This document shows positions 56,311 to 64,000 of a stretch of DNA of 64,000 nt, piece by piece. Location of the stretch: IMG/VR virus record IMGVR_UViG_3300009788_000098, positions 1 to 64,000 of that record; one strand, given 5' to 3'. Below the pieces are notes generated by a model. The model was not told the DNA's origin. It did not search any database and saw only the letters and a program-made list of their open reading frames with translations. How positions within the stretch are numbered: the first letter of the stretch is position 1; each line of letters opens with the position of its first letter. The position numbers were made by a program, and so were the translations under genes. The stretch comes from a virus.

Positions 56311-58691
56311 AGTGCTGCCACCAATGCCATATCATCTACAATTTGTTGTGGCGATTGAAGCTTGAAATAGTTAGCGTTGATAGTGAAGGATGAACTTTTA
56401 TCAACTGCGCCACCTGACGCGCCAGATGCAGGCATTACAGCTCCAGTTGCTTGTATAGTCTGCCCAGCCATGTTTACAATCGCATCATTAGCCATTGTTG
56501 TTGCATCCATTATGCCTTTAGCAAAACCTTTTACTATGTTTTGCCCGATTTCAGCAAACACTTTGGATGGAGAAGCTATGCCAAGTATATTTTTTATCCA
56601 TTGTAATGAACCTAAAAACACAGACACAATTGAGTTCCAAAGTCCATGCAATTTGTCGAGTACTTTTATTTTGATAACATCCCACCAAAAAGCGGCATCA
56701 TTTCGTATGGACGACCATATGCCGACCAAAAAACTTATTACCCCTGAGAGTACATTAACAGCATCGTTTCTAGCCTTTGCAGCCCATTGCACAACAGATG
56801 CGTGAATGCCTCTCCACCAATTATCTGCTCCTGTAATGACTTTACTCCATATTGCAGCAAAAGAAGCGGGAAGAGTACTAAACAATGTTAGTAATTCTCT
56901 AATTGCAAATACTGAATTGTTAAATATTCCAATCCAAAACTGCTTGAATGATTCTTTTATAGCATCTTCTATTGCTTGCAATTGTACAAGAGTATTGAAC
57001 ACTTCTAGTATGACAGTGACGACATCTATTGCTGATGCAATTGCTCCAGTAATATCAGCGAACAAGTTAAATTCCGGGTTTACTATTCTTAATGTTTCTC
57101 CCAAGTTGCTAATTGCAGTAGTTAGACCAAGTAGCGAGGAAGCCATTGTATCAAATACTTGTGCAACTTCTTCATCACTTAACCCGAACATTTCTCCTAT
57201 TTCGGCAAAAATGCGCGCAATACCCATTTCAGGGCCGAATTCATCAAAAGTTGCTGTTATATTTGAAATAGCGTCTGATATTTCTCCTATTCCAAATGCA
57301 ATACTAGCCGCAATATTAGCCATGACGAGTTGTATTCTAGCAGGTGTAAGTTCCCCAAATCCCAGTGCTACTGACACCTCGCTCAGAGCGGGAAGCAAAT
57401 CGTCTCTGATAGAGTCTTTGATTGTAGTGATAAAGCGCGGAACTTCTTGTGTCATTGCATCCAAAAAGCCAAATGAACTCTCAACGTCAATGCCAGACAA
57501 GTCCATGAACGCCTCAACCATGTTCAGGCCAACCTCTATTGCGAGGTCGCGGAACTGATTTTTGACAATCTGAATTTTGGATTGCATTGTATCAAAGCGA
57601 ATATTAGCCTCACGTGTACGAGCCACATTATCAGCAACCGCTTGCTCCACGCCGATGAGGGCATCGGTAAGAATATCAGCATTGCCGGCCAATCCCAAGA
57701 AAGTTCTCAACTGCCTGATACTTGCTATCTGCAATTCGCCAAGAGTTATGGCAGCCCTAGAACCTTCTAATGAAACTCCTTGGATAAACTTGTCAAATGC
57801 CTGAACCGGGTCTGCTCTCCAGGCTGTAGCGAATTCATTTGCACTCATACCTGCAACCTCGGCAAATGCTTGCATCATCTCCCCGCCTTCTGCCACAGCG
57901 GTATTTATCTTGATTAATGCTATAGCAATAGCAGAACCACCAGCTTCAGTTTGAATACCAGCACGCAACATAGCTGCGGAAAGAGCAAGCGCATCGGCTT
58001 CAGTTCCACCAACAATCGCCATTGCGCCTGCAATGTTTTTTGAACCGAGCAGAATTCTATCTTCGGCTACACCAAAGTTATTGCCCAAGAATATCAACCC
58101 AGATGATGTTCTATCTATAGAATCGACTAATTCATCCCCTGTGGCCCCAAACACAGTAGCCAACTGTGCCAATCCTACAGCGGCTTCCTCTGCAGTCAAC
58201 TTAGTAGCTACGCCGACTTCAGCGATGATTTTTGTAAATTTGGGAATGTCTTTGGCAACAACGTTAAACTGCCCACCTATCGCCGCAATATCGGCAAGTT
58301 CTTCAACTGTGAGCGGCACTTGCTTAGACAGATCACGAAGTCCTTGAAACACTTCCTCGCCCAACCCAGTAAGGGCAAATATGCCAGTACCCAAATCTTG
58401 TGTTGTTTTCAGAACACCAGCAAACGCACTCTCAACACTAATGGCAGATGCAACTGACAACTTTCCAAGGTTGAGAATTGCTTTGCCCATAAGTTCAACT
58501 GCGTCTGTAACTACTTGCGCTGCAAACTCAATAGGTGCAAGAGCAAGATCAAACGCTTTGAAAGCGACAGCAGCAGTAAGACCGGCAATACCACCGCTGG
58601 CAAGTGCTCTGTTCATACTGCCCATGCCAGAAATGAACTTGCCAAGTCCTCTTATCTCTGCTATTGCGCCTACTGGGGTGAAGTTTGCCAT
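56307..58691 (-). CDS. tail tape measure protein
   Basis: Ala-rich helical; ESAFAGV, EAGGSA TP901-type core; GIASPSKVFAEIG. Confidence 0.9.
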   Translation of the reverse strand: MANFTPVGAIAEIRGLGKFISGMGSMNRALASGGIAGLTAAVAFKAFDLALAPIEFAAQVVTDAVELMGKAILNLGKLSVASAISVESAFAGVLKTTQDLGTGIFALTGLGEEVFQGLRDLSKQVPLTVEELADIAAIGGQFNVVAKDIPKFTKIIAEVGVATKLTAEEAAVGLAQLATVFGATGDELVDSIDRTSSGLIFLGNNFGVAEDRILLGSKNIAGAMAIVGGTEADALALSAAMLRAGIQTEAGGSAIAIALIKINTAVAEGGEMMQAFAEVAGMSANEFATAWRADPVQAFDKFIQGVSLEGSRAAITLGELQIASIRQLRTFLGLAGNADILTDALIGVEQAVADNVARTREANIRFDTMQSKIQIVKNQFRDLAIEVGLNMVEAFMDLSGIDVESSFGFLDAMTQEVPRFITTIKDSIRDDLLPALSEVSVALGFGELTPARIQLVMANIAASIAFGIGEISDAISNITATFDEFGPEMGIARIFAEIGEMFGLSDEEVAQVFDTMASSLLGLTTAISNLGETLRIVNPEFNLFADITGAIASAIDVVTVILEVFNTLVQLQAIEDAIKESFKQFWIGIFNNSVFAIRELLTLFSTLPASFAAIWSKVITGADNWWRGIHASVVQWAAKARNDAVNVLSGVISFLVGIWSSIRNDAAFWWDVIKIKVLDKLHGLWNSIVSVFLGSLQWIKNILGIASPSKVFAEIGQNIVKGFAKGIMDATTMANDAIVNMAGQTIQATGAVMPASGASGGAVDKSSSFTINANYFKLQSPQQIVDDMALVAAL

Positions 58692-58692
58692 A

Positions 58693-58962
58693 CTATCTCT
58701 TCTTGCGCTTGCTGTCTGCTTTCATCTTTTTATTTTGTGCGTCTTGAGCATGGTTTTCAATTAGCCCATGCAAGCGATATCGTGCTATTACATTCGCTTT
58801 GAGCCATATCGGATAATCGCCCGCTTCCCATCTCTCTATGTCTAGTCTAGCACTGATGCAGGCTTCGTATTCCTCAAAGTACATTGAATAAGTAATACCT
58901 GTATTGACTCTGCCGAGAATATGAGCATCTTCAATCGGGTCGCCATGTCTACGAACGTTGAA
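58693..58962 (-). CDS. tail assembly chaperone T-frame (frameshift extension)
   Basis: Frame open from TTC at 58962 to the stop at 58693, overlapping the end of the G ORF. Confidence 0.65.
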   Translation of the reverse strand, partial: FNVRRHGDPIEDAHILGRVNTGITYSMYFEEYEACISARLDIERWEAGDYPIWLKANVIARYRLHGLIENHAQDAQNKKMKADSKRKKR

Positions 58963-59488
58963 AGGATTCTATTGCGTTATCTACATCCTCCTGTTTCAGT
59001 GCGGCCATTGCGCTGAGGCGGAGAATAATATCGGCATTGGCTATTACGTACTTCTTATACCAGAACTCTCGTTCGTACTCATCCTCTGGATCGCGGTCAA
59101 CCAACTTTATAAGTTTCAGATTGTGCAACCATCCATCATCTTCTGAAATGTCAGATAGCAACTCAATCCCGAACAGTACTACCGCGTCCAAGCCAACTTG
59201 CTCCAGTTTTACCTCATAGTCTTTCATTGCTTGTGCGTAGTCGGGACACATTGGGTTTTCCATGTACTTTGTTGGATCATCGGGCGCGTCTGGGTGTGGA
59301 ACGAGAGGTATTTGCGGTTCTGGTATTCGCAACTGTGCCTCTCGCACTACGTAAGAAGCAACAGGATGCAACTTCACCTGTACCCCGCTGGAAAGCGTGA
59401 TAATAGCATCCTGTGCTTGGTCATGTTCTTTCTTGACTGCTACAACCGGATTGGTTGTTGGTTTATTATTCAATTGTTTGTCGTTCAT
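58949..59488 (-). CDS. tail assembly chaperone (gpG-like)
   Basis: Between major tail gene and TMP; GAGGAG RBS. Confidence 0.7.
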   Translation of the reverse strand: MNDKQLNNKPTTNPVVAVKKEHDQAQDAIITLSSGVQVKLHPVASYVVREAQLRIPEPQIPLVPHPDAPDDPTKYMENPMCPDYAQAMKDYEVKLEQVGLDAVVLFGIELLSDISEDDGWLHNLKLIKLVDRDPEDEYEREFWYKKYVIANADIILRLSAMAALKQEDVDNAIESFQRS

Positions 59489-59556
59489 TTGTTATACTCC
59501 TCTCGGTGTGAGATTAGCCCCTTGCTAGGGGATTATTGTTGTTTGGTCAGTAATGG

Positions 59557-61065
59557 TTAGTCGCCACCAATTACGATGAACCCATCCGTTGCATCAAATC
59601 CCAGACCGAAGCCTGCGACGAAATCAACATCAAACGGGCACACAACCAGGGCGTTAATCCTGTCGTTATTGGGCATAGCATTGGCTGCTCCACGAGGGGT
59701 CAGCGTCCAGCTGTTTCCGCCATCAATACTAACGTAGATTTCACCTTTGGTATCAACTGTTGCAGCGACCCACATAACGCTATCAGATGACATAGCAATG
59801 TCAGTGATTGCAGTCGGGGCTACGCCAGGCAACGTGATTGCTACCCAAGGTGATATGCCTGCGTCCAGTGTGTAAGCAAACGTGCCATCATCTGCACCTG
59901 CAAACCACTCGACTTCAGACTTGACTAAGATAGCAAGTAGGTCAGTACCCCAACCAACAGGTGATTGCAATACTTGGCCGACTATATCATTGTCAATGGT
60001 TACAATCGTGCCATCTTCACCAACAGCGACTGCGAACTCGTCAGAGAGCAGGTCAACGTCTAGTAACCTGCCAGTTGTCGCTATGCCAGCATCAACAACT
60101 ACTACACCGGCTGGGGGATTGGTGATTTTGTACACATAACCACTGTTACCAACAATGTAGCCAACATTGCCCACGCTGTCAATAGCCTCAGGTGCTCCAC
60201 CGACTACGTAGCCAGCAGTTGATTGCACCCAATCAGGGTCTTGGATACCGTCTAACTCATCGGCATCCACAATGTGCATCTCGTCAGCGGCAATAGCTAC
60301 TATCACTACTGCATATCCGGCAACGCACGCTATACCTACAGGGCTGTTTGCGACCTCAACGGTATCTATGTCTTCCATATACCATGTCGATCCACCATCA
60401 AGAGTGTAGATAATCTGAGATGGTGTTCCGGCAGAGCCGCCTTCTGTCAACGTAATACCCATGAACTTCTGGCAACCGTCTGATAGTTCTGCACACTCGC
60501 CGCAAGACGGATTGTCACACCGCGCAGCATCTACTACCTCATTGATTATGCCACCGGGGGTGCGGTCTGCATACTTGACTGGAACGTACTCATACGCTCT
60601 AATTCCTGAGATATCAATGGTTTCGTCAACTTTGGAATTCTCACCTGGTTCAAGTGTACCCAATGGGTCTGTAGAATAAGACTCAAAGGTTACTGCTTCC
60701 CAAATCAGGGCCTTCTCAAAATCATTGAAGACGCCAGGAGCAGCACAATTGCCAAGGTGTAGCTGAACGTCGTGAGCACATTTGCGCATAGCAAGCGTCA
60801 ATACTCTGCTCTTGACATCACGGGGGTAGCGACCCATCAAACTGGTTGACGGACGCTCTTCCTCATCACGAACTGAGCCTGTTTCAATGAAGTCTCCATA
60901 GCGGTCTTTGCTCGGTTCATAAATCGGGGTTGTGCCACCAAAGTTCTTTTCCATCCCTTCCATTTTCAGGTAGTACAGGAATTCAGGTTCACGATCTGCG
61001 CGCGCACGACCTTCTATGATCCAAACTCTAGTGAATGCACTTGCGAGGGGGTTTCTTTTACCCAT
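59557..61065 (-). CDS. putative major tail (tube) protein with C-terminal Asp-box/BNR propeller
   Basis: Position before chaperone/TMP; YTLDGGSTW, YTLDAGISPW, VSIDGGNSW repeats. Confidence 0.6.
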   Translation of the reverse strand: MGKRNPLASAFTRVWIIEGRARADREPEFLYYLKMEGMEKNFGGTTPIYEPSKDRYGDFIETGSVRDEEERPSTSLMGRYPRDVKSRVLTLAMRKCAHDVQLHLGNCAAPGVFNDFEKALIWEAVTFESYSTDPLGTLEPGENSKVDETIDISGIRAYEYVPVKYADRTPGGIINEVVDAARCDNPSCGECAELSDGCQKFMGITLTEGGSAGTPSQIIYTLDGGSTWYMEDIDTVEVANSPVGIACVAGYAVVIVAIAADEMHIVDADELDGIQDPDWVQSTAGYVVGGAPEAIDSVGNVGYIVGNSGYVYKITNPPAGVVVVDAGIATTGRLLDVDLLSDEFAVAVGEDGTIVTIDNDIVGQVLQSPVGWGTDLLAILVKSEVEWFAGADDGTFAYTLDAGISPWVAITLPGVAPTAITDIAMSSDSVMWVAATVDTKGEIYVSIDGGNSWTLTPRGAANAMPNNDRINALVVCPFDVDFVAGFGLGFDATDGFIVIGGD

Positions 61066-61073
61066 TAGTCCTC

Positions 61074-61355
61074 CTATTTATTCTCTTTGTACATATTGGA
61101 TATCCTGCGGGTGACGATCTGTTGGACAGCACTCCGTAACAGATTATAGCCACCGGCTTGCAGGTCATCGAGGCTAATGAGACCTCGTTGAACAAGTAGA
61201 TTGTTCAGTTCTTTCATCATTTCAACACAATCAATCTCGGCAAGGTCAGGCGGGTTGCATGGCACTCCCTTATGTGCGTCTAACGATGACATCCCGTCCT
61301 TAACCCAAGACTGTCGTAACCAACCATTTTCATCTTCGTAAATTGTCAATCTCAT
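61074..61355 (-). CDS. hypothetical virion-module protein
   Basis: GGAAGGA RBS; position. Confidence 0.65.
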   Translation of the reverse strand: MRLTIYEDENGWLRQSWVKDGMSSLDAHKGVPCNPPDLAEIDCVEMMKELNNLLVQRGLISLDDLQAGGYNLLRSAVQQIVTRRISNMYKENK

Positions 61356-61367
61356 CTCGCATCCTTC

Positions 61368-62729
61368 CTACGCCGCAACTGCACTCACTCGCAGTAGTCT
61401 AGGGCGCATATTGTGCAAACTTCGATACACCTCTACCTCTCCTTGGCGCGTGCCAAAGGGGTTGTTCAGTATTTCAGGGGGCGTAAATATAACGTTTACA
61501 TCGCCGCCCGACTCGGCAAGGTTGCGTGAGTAATAGGTAACTGCCTGTGCTATAGGCTGAATTGGTCTTGCTTCTCCGCCACACGGCATACGGGCTGTTG
61601 CTAGGTGAGCGATGTTGCGTGCTAGTGCTCTATCTAGTTCTGTACAGTTTCTCTCGTTCAGCCAGTTCTGGTTCAGTTCGCCACATTTGTACCATATTTT
61701 GACAGCATCAGGTTCGCGACACTCAGTCCAGTTTACTTTCTCCCACTGGGAGTTGGTTGTGCTGTAATCCGCAGGCGAGAGTGACACAAAGCCACCCTCG
61801 GCATCGCGAACTGTCAGACAACCGTCTTGAGCAATGAGTGAACAGGATGTGCAACCTATGCCCCCACAAGCCGTGCAACATATCGGGCTAACGCCACCAC
61901 CTTCGTGTTCCCAGAGGAACTGAGCACTGTTCTCTGTGCTATCTGTGTACTCTCGGCGTACTTCAACCTCATCAACGTAGCTTGCTGCTGGGGTTGCGTC
62001 TATGGCTGTTACTTGCCCCTTGGGAATAGCGTCCCACAGAGAGGGGAGGATCATCTTCCAGCTCTCAACTGTGATTGTTGCAATGCCACCTGTGATTGCC
62101 ACTGAGCGCAACGGGCGTATCTCCCATGCTGGGTCGCCGCTGTGGTTTGCAAAGTACAATCGTAGTTCACAGGGGTCTGTTGCAGTTACCGTCTGGGTGA
62201 TAGTTGCTAACGAGTTCCATCCATCAGTAGCCGTAGCCATTGAGTATACGAGTACAGAAGTTGCTGGGCCGAGGAGTACGGGTGTGCCTTCCAAGTCCGC
62301 ATTACGTCTGCCACCAGCAATTATCTTGCCCCAGTTGGTCTTTACGCCTTTCATCTGTCCATGAGCACCGACACCCCCACCGTAGAGTTCTACACGGTTC
62401 TCACGGGGATATTTGTGATATTCTTGTGAAATCCACACAGGAGAAGGCCAGTAGCCCAGAAATTCTGCAATGTCGTACTCAGCTTGTTGAATTATGCGTG
62501 CTAAGTCCTCTCGACTTATATTGCCAGGATTTTGGTAGCCGAACTGTTTCCAGATAGGTCGTCCATCTACCATGTCCCCTGCGCCAGCGGCGATGTTGAC
62601 ACCGTAACTCGTGAACGGTTCTGGGGAGACCTGAGGAAGTCGCGCACCGTTGAAATGCAACGGGTTCAGCCCCATAATCTGCGCGTATGTGTCTAGCGGT
62701 AAGAGTGTGTATATATCTGCTCGCGCCAT
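61368..62729 (-). CDS. putative head-tail connector/adaptor
   Basis: IQQAEYDIAEFLGY N-terminal helix; position upstream of tail genes. Confidence 0.5.
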   Translation of the reverse strand: MARADIYTLLPLDTYAQIMGLNPLHFNGARLPQVSPEPFTSYGVNIAAGAGDMVDGRPIWKQFGYQNPGNISREDLARIIQQAEYDIAEFLGYWPSPVWISQEYHKYPRENRVELYGGGVGAHGQMKGVKTNWGKIIAGGRRNADLEGTPVLLGPATSVLVYSMATATDGWNSLATITQTVTATDPCELRLYFANHSGDPAWEIRPLRSVAITGGIATITVESWKMILPSLWDAIPKGQVTAIDATPAASYVDEVEVRREYTDSTENSAQFLWEHEGGGVSPICCTACGGIGCTSCSLIAQDGCLTVRDAEGGFVSLSPADYSTTNSQWEKVNWTECREPDAVKIWYKCGELNQNWLNERNCTELDRALARNIAHLATARMPCGGEARPIQPIAQAVTYYSRNLAESGGDVNVIFTPPEILNNPFGTRQGEVEVYRSLHNMRPRLLRVSAVAA

Positions 62730-62731
62730 TG

Positions 62732-63043
62732 TTACTCCACAATTGATTCAACTATAATTGCGACTGTGCTGAGTGCAAACGGTATACAGAACAAAACTGT
62801 TGCTTCAGGAAAACGAGCGTAAGCAATGGTAACTATAACTCCAAACCATATACTGTTGCACCAAATACATGTCAATCCTTTAGCAAACTGGTTTCTACCA
62901 TACGGTTTACTTTCTTCATCGTACTCAACACCAACAAGATGCCGAAACTTCTCAAATACCTCATAAGGGCCATCCTCGTGAGCTACCAGAGAAGAAATTC
63001 GCCATACAGCCAGTGCAATTAGAATAAACATGACAAATTTCAT
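62732..63043 (-). CDS. DUF1360-like membrane protein
   Basis: LAVWRISSLVAHEDGP...CIWCNSIW. Confidence 0.7.
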   Translation of the reverse strand: MKFVMFILIALAVWRISSLVAHEDGPYEVFEKFRHLVGVEYDEESKPYGRNQFAKGLTCIWCNSIWFGVIVTIAYARFPEATVLFCIPFALSTVAIIVESIVE

Positions 63044-63065
63044 CTTAATAGTCCAAATTACAATC

Positions 63066-63099
63066 AAAAAAAACCGAGTGTGCTTCCTGCACGCTCGGT
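63066..63099 (-). terminator. intrinsic terminator in the leader of the tail operon
   Basis: ACCGAGCGTGC-AGGAA-GCACACTCGGT plus T-tract. Confidence 0.8.
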
Positions 63100-63142
63100 G
63101 TGAACGTTATATTTCTATTCAGTTGTCTGTTCAACTGTCTGT

Positions 63143-63171
63143 ATTATAGCACCATTGGTGCAAATATTCAA
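63143..63171 (-). promoter_or_regulatory. promoter upstream of the tail operon
   Basis: TTGAAT-17-TATAAT with TG. Confidence 0.75.
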
Positions 63172-63179
63172 GGATGAAA

Positions 63180-63863
63180 TCAGAATAAGAGTGGTTGCAT
63201 CTGCGCTTCTGCTATGCGTTTTTGGGCTATGTCAAAGTAGTCGGGGTCAATTTCGATGCCAATAAACTTACGATTATGCTTAACTGAGGCCACACCTGCT
63301 GAGCATGAACCCATTGTGAAATCTAATACCGTATCGCCAATTTCTGTGCTGTCAAGTATCAGCTTTTCTATCAGCGGAACGGGTTTCTCGTTTGGATGTA
63401 GCAAGTCATTAGGCATAACCCGTCGCTGATTTATAATTGTTCTTGGTCTCTTTCGGGGAAAGACAAATCCATCTTTAATGGCAAACAGTATGCTTTCATG
63501 TTGCGGGGCATATTCACTATTTAAGTCGCCCATGCCATGAACAATCTTATTCCATATAATTTGTGATTTTACATCAAATCCCGATGAAACAATCTCATTT
63601 AGAAATGCTTGTTGCTTATCCCATCTGTAAAATACATAGATAGCTTTTCTTGTTATTCTATAAGCATCTTTTCCCCACCCCAAAAACGGTTCTTTATCAT
63701 TCCTTATCTTGGGTTTCCACTGCGTTTTGTCAGAGCGCCTGGCGCTCTGATAGTCTATTCCGTAAGGAGGGTCTACGATTGTCACGTCTGCGGAATTATC
63801 AGACATGTTTTGCATAATATCTAAACAGTCACCCAAATGCAGCTGACAGCTGTTTTCTATCAC
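63180..63863 (-). CDS. DNA methyltransferase (N6-A/N4-C, beta class)
   Basis: VDPPY, HPNEKP, DFTMGS, GIEID. Confidence 0.92.
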   Translation of the reverse strand: MIENSCQLHLGDCLDIMQNMSDNSADVTIVDPPYGIDYQSARRSDKTQWKPKIRNDKEPFLGWGKDAYRITRKAIYVFYRWDKQQAFLNEIVSSGFDVKSQIIWNKIVHGMGDLNSEYAPQHESILFAIKDGFVFPRKRPRTIINQRRVMPNDLLHPNEKPVPLIEKLILDSTEIGDTVLDFTMGSCSAGVASVKHNRKFIGIEIDPDYFDIAQKRIAEAQMQPLLF

Positions 63864-64000
63864 GACAGATTCGTTCTATCCAGCGGATTAGGGGGAGGGA
63901 CTTCAAACTTGAACCCCAGAGCGTCAATAATCCGTTGTGCCTTTATTGCTCCAATGCCGTGTAGTTGCTGCAATCCATCTGCGCCCAATGCCAACACGCC
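63860..64000 (-). CDS. partial HhH-containing protein
   Basis: LQQLHGIGAIKAQRII HhH motif; 5' end outside the window. Confidence 0.55.
   Translation of the reverse strand, partial: GVLALGADGLQQLHGIGAIKAQRIIDALGFKFEVPPPNPLDRTNLS

Noticed and set aside
56377-58802. Long plus-strand ORFs opposite the tape measure gene (and similar antisense ORFs opposite terL and tail genes)
   Set aside because: Antisense shadows of real genes, with no RBS or motifs
59505-59540. CRISPR-repeat mimic (AATAATCCCCTAGCAAGGGG, minus strand)
   Set aside because: Lacks a GAAAC/GAAAG 3' end; better explained as an intergenic hairpin after the major tail gene

Overview
A 64-kb piece of a tailed dsDNA phage (siphovirus-type). 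The host is probably a monoderm with sigma70/sigmaA promoters and strong AAAGGAG ribosome-binding sites; this is inference and the host was not identified. Layout: (i) 1-8.7 kb, small early/host-takeover-like genes; two co-oriented GATTCC/ACCCTT short-repeat arrays bracket the 1.5-5.7 kb block, which also holds two copies of a variant type III hammerhead ribozyme-like RNA; (ii) terminase large and small subunits on the minus strand, cut off from the other virion genes; (iii) 11-34 kb, a plus-strand replication/accessory arm (metallophosphoesterase, HslV-like protease, ERCC4 nuclease, Sak4-like ATPase, ParM/ParR-like partition pair, beta-class DNA methyltransferases and fragments, Rep-like protein, GH25 endolysin, DinG-like helicase split by one amber codon); (iv) 34.5-49.2 kb, a ~15-kb phage-encoded nucleotide-sugar and glycan-tailoring cluster (CDP-glucose synthase, SDRs, two C-methyltransferases, RmlC, DegT, CmcI-like, two GT2, two B12-radical SAM, ATP-grasp) with no export or polymerase genes; (v) 50-63 kb, a minus-strand tail module with a predicted +1 frameshift in the tail chaperone. 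Non-coding highlights are a family of promoter-driven C-rich small RNAs with covarying hairpins and a pseudoknot/antisense-like leader upstream of the Rep-like gene. No integrase, CRISPR array, canonical tRNA or reverse transcriptase was seen. All calls come from reading motifs by eye; no database searches were run.
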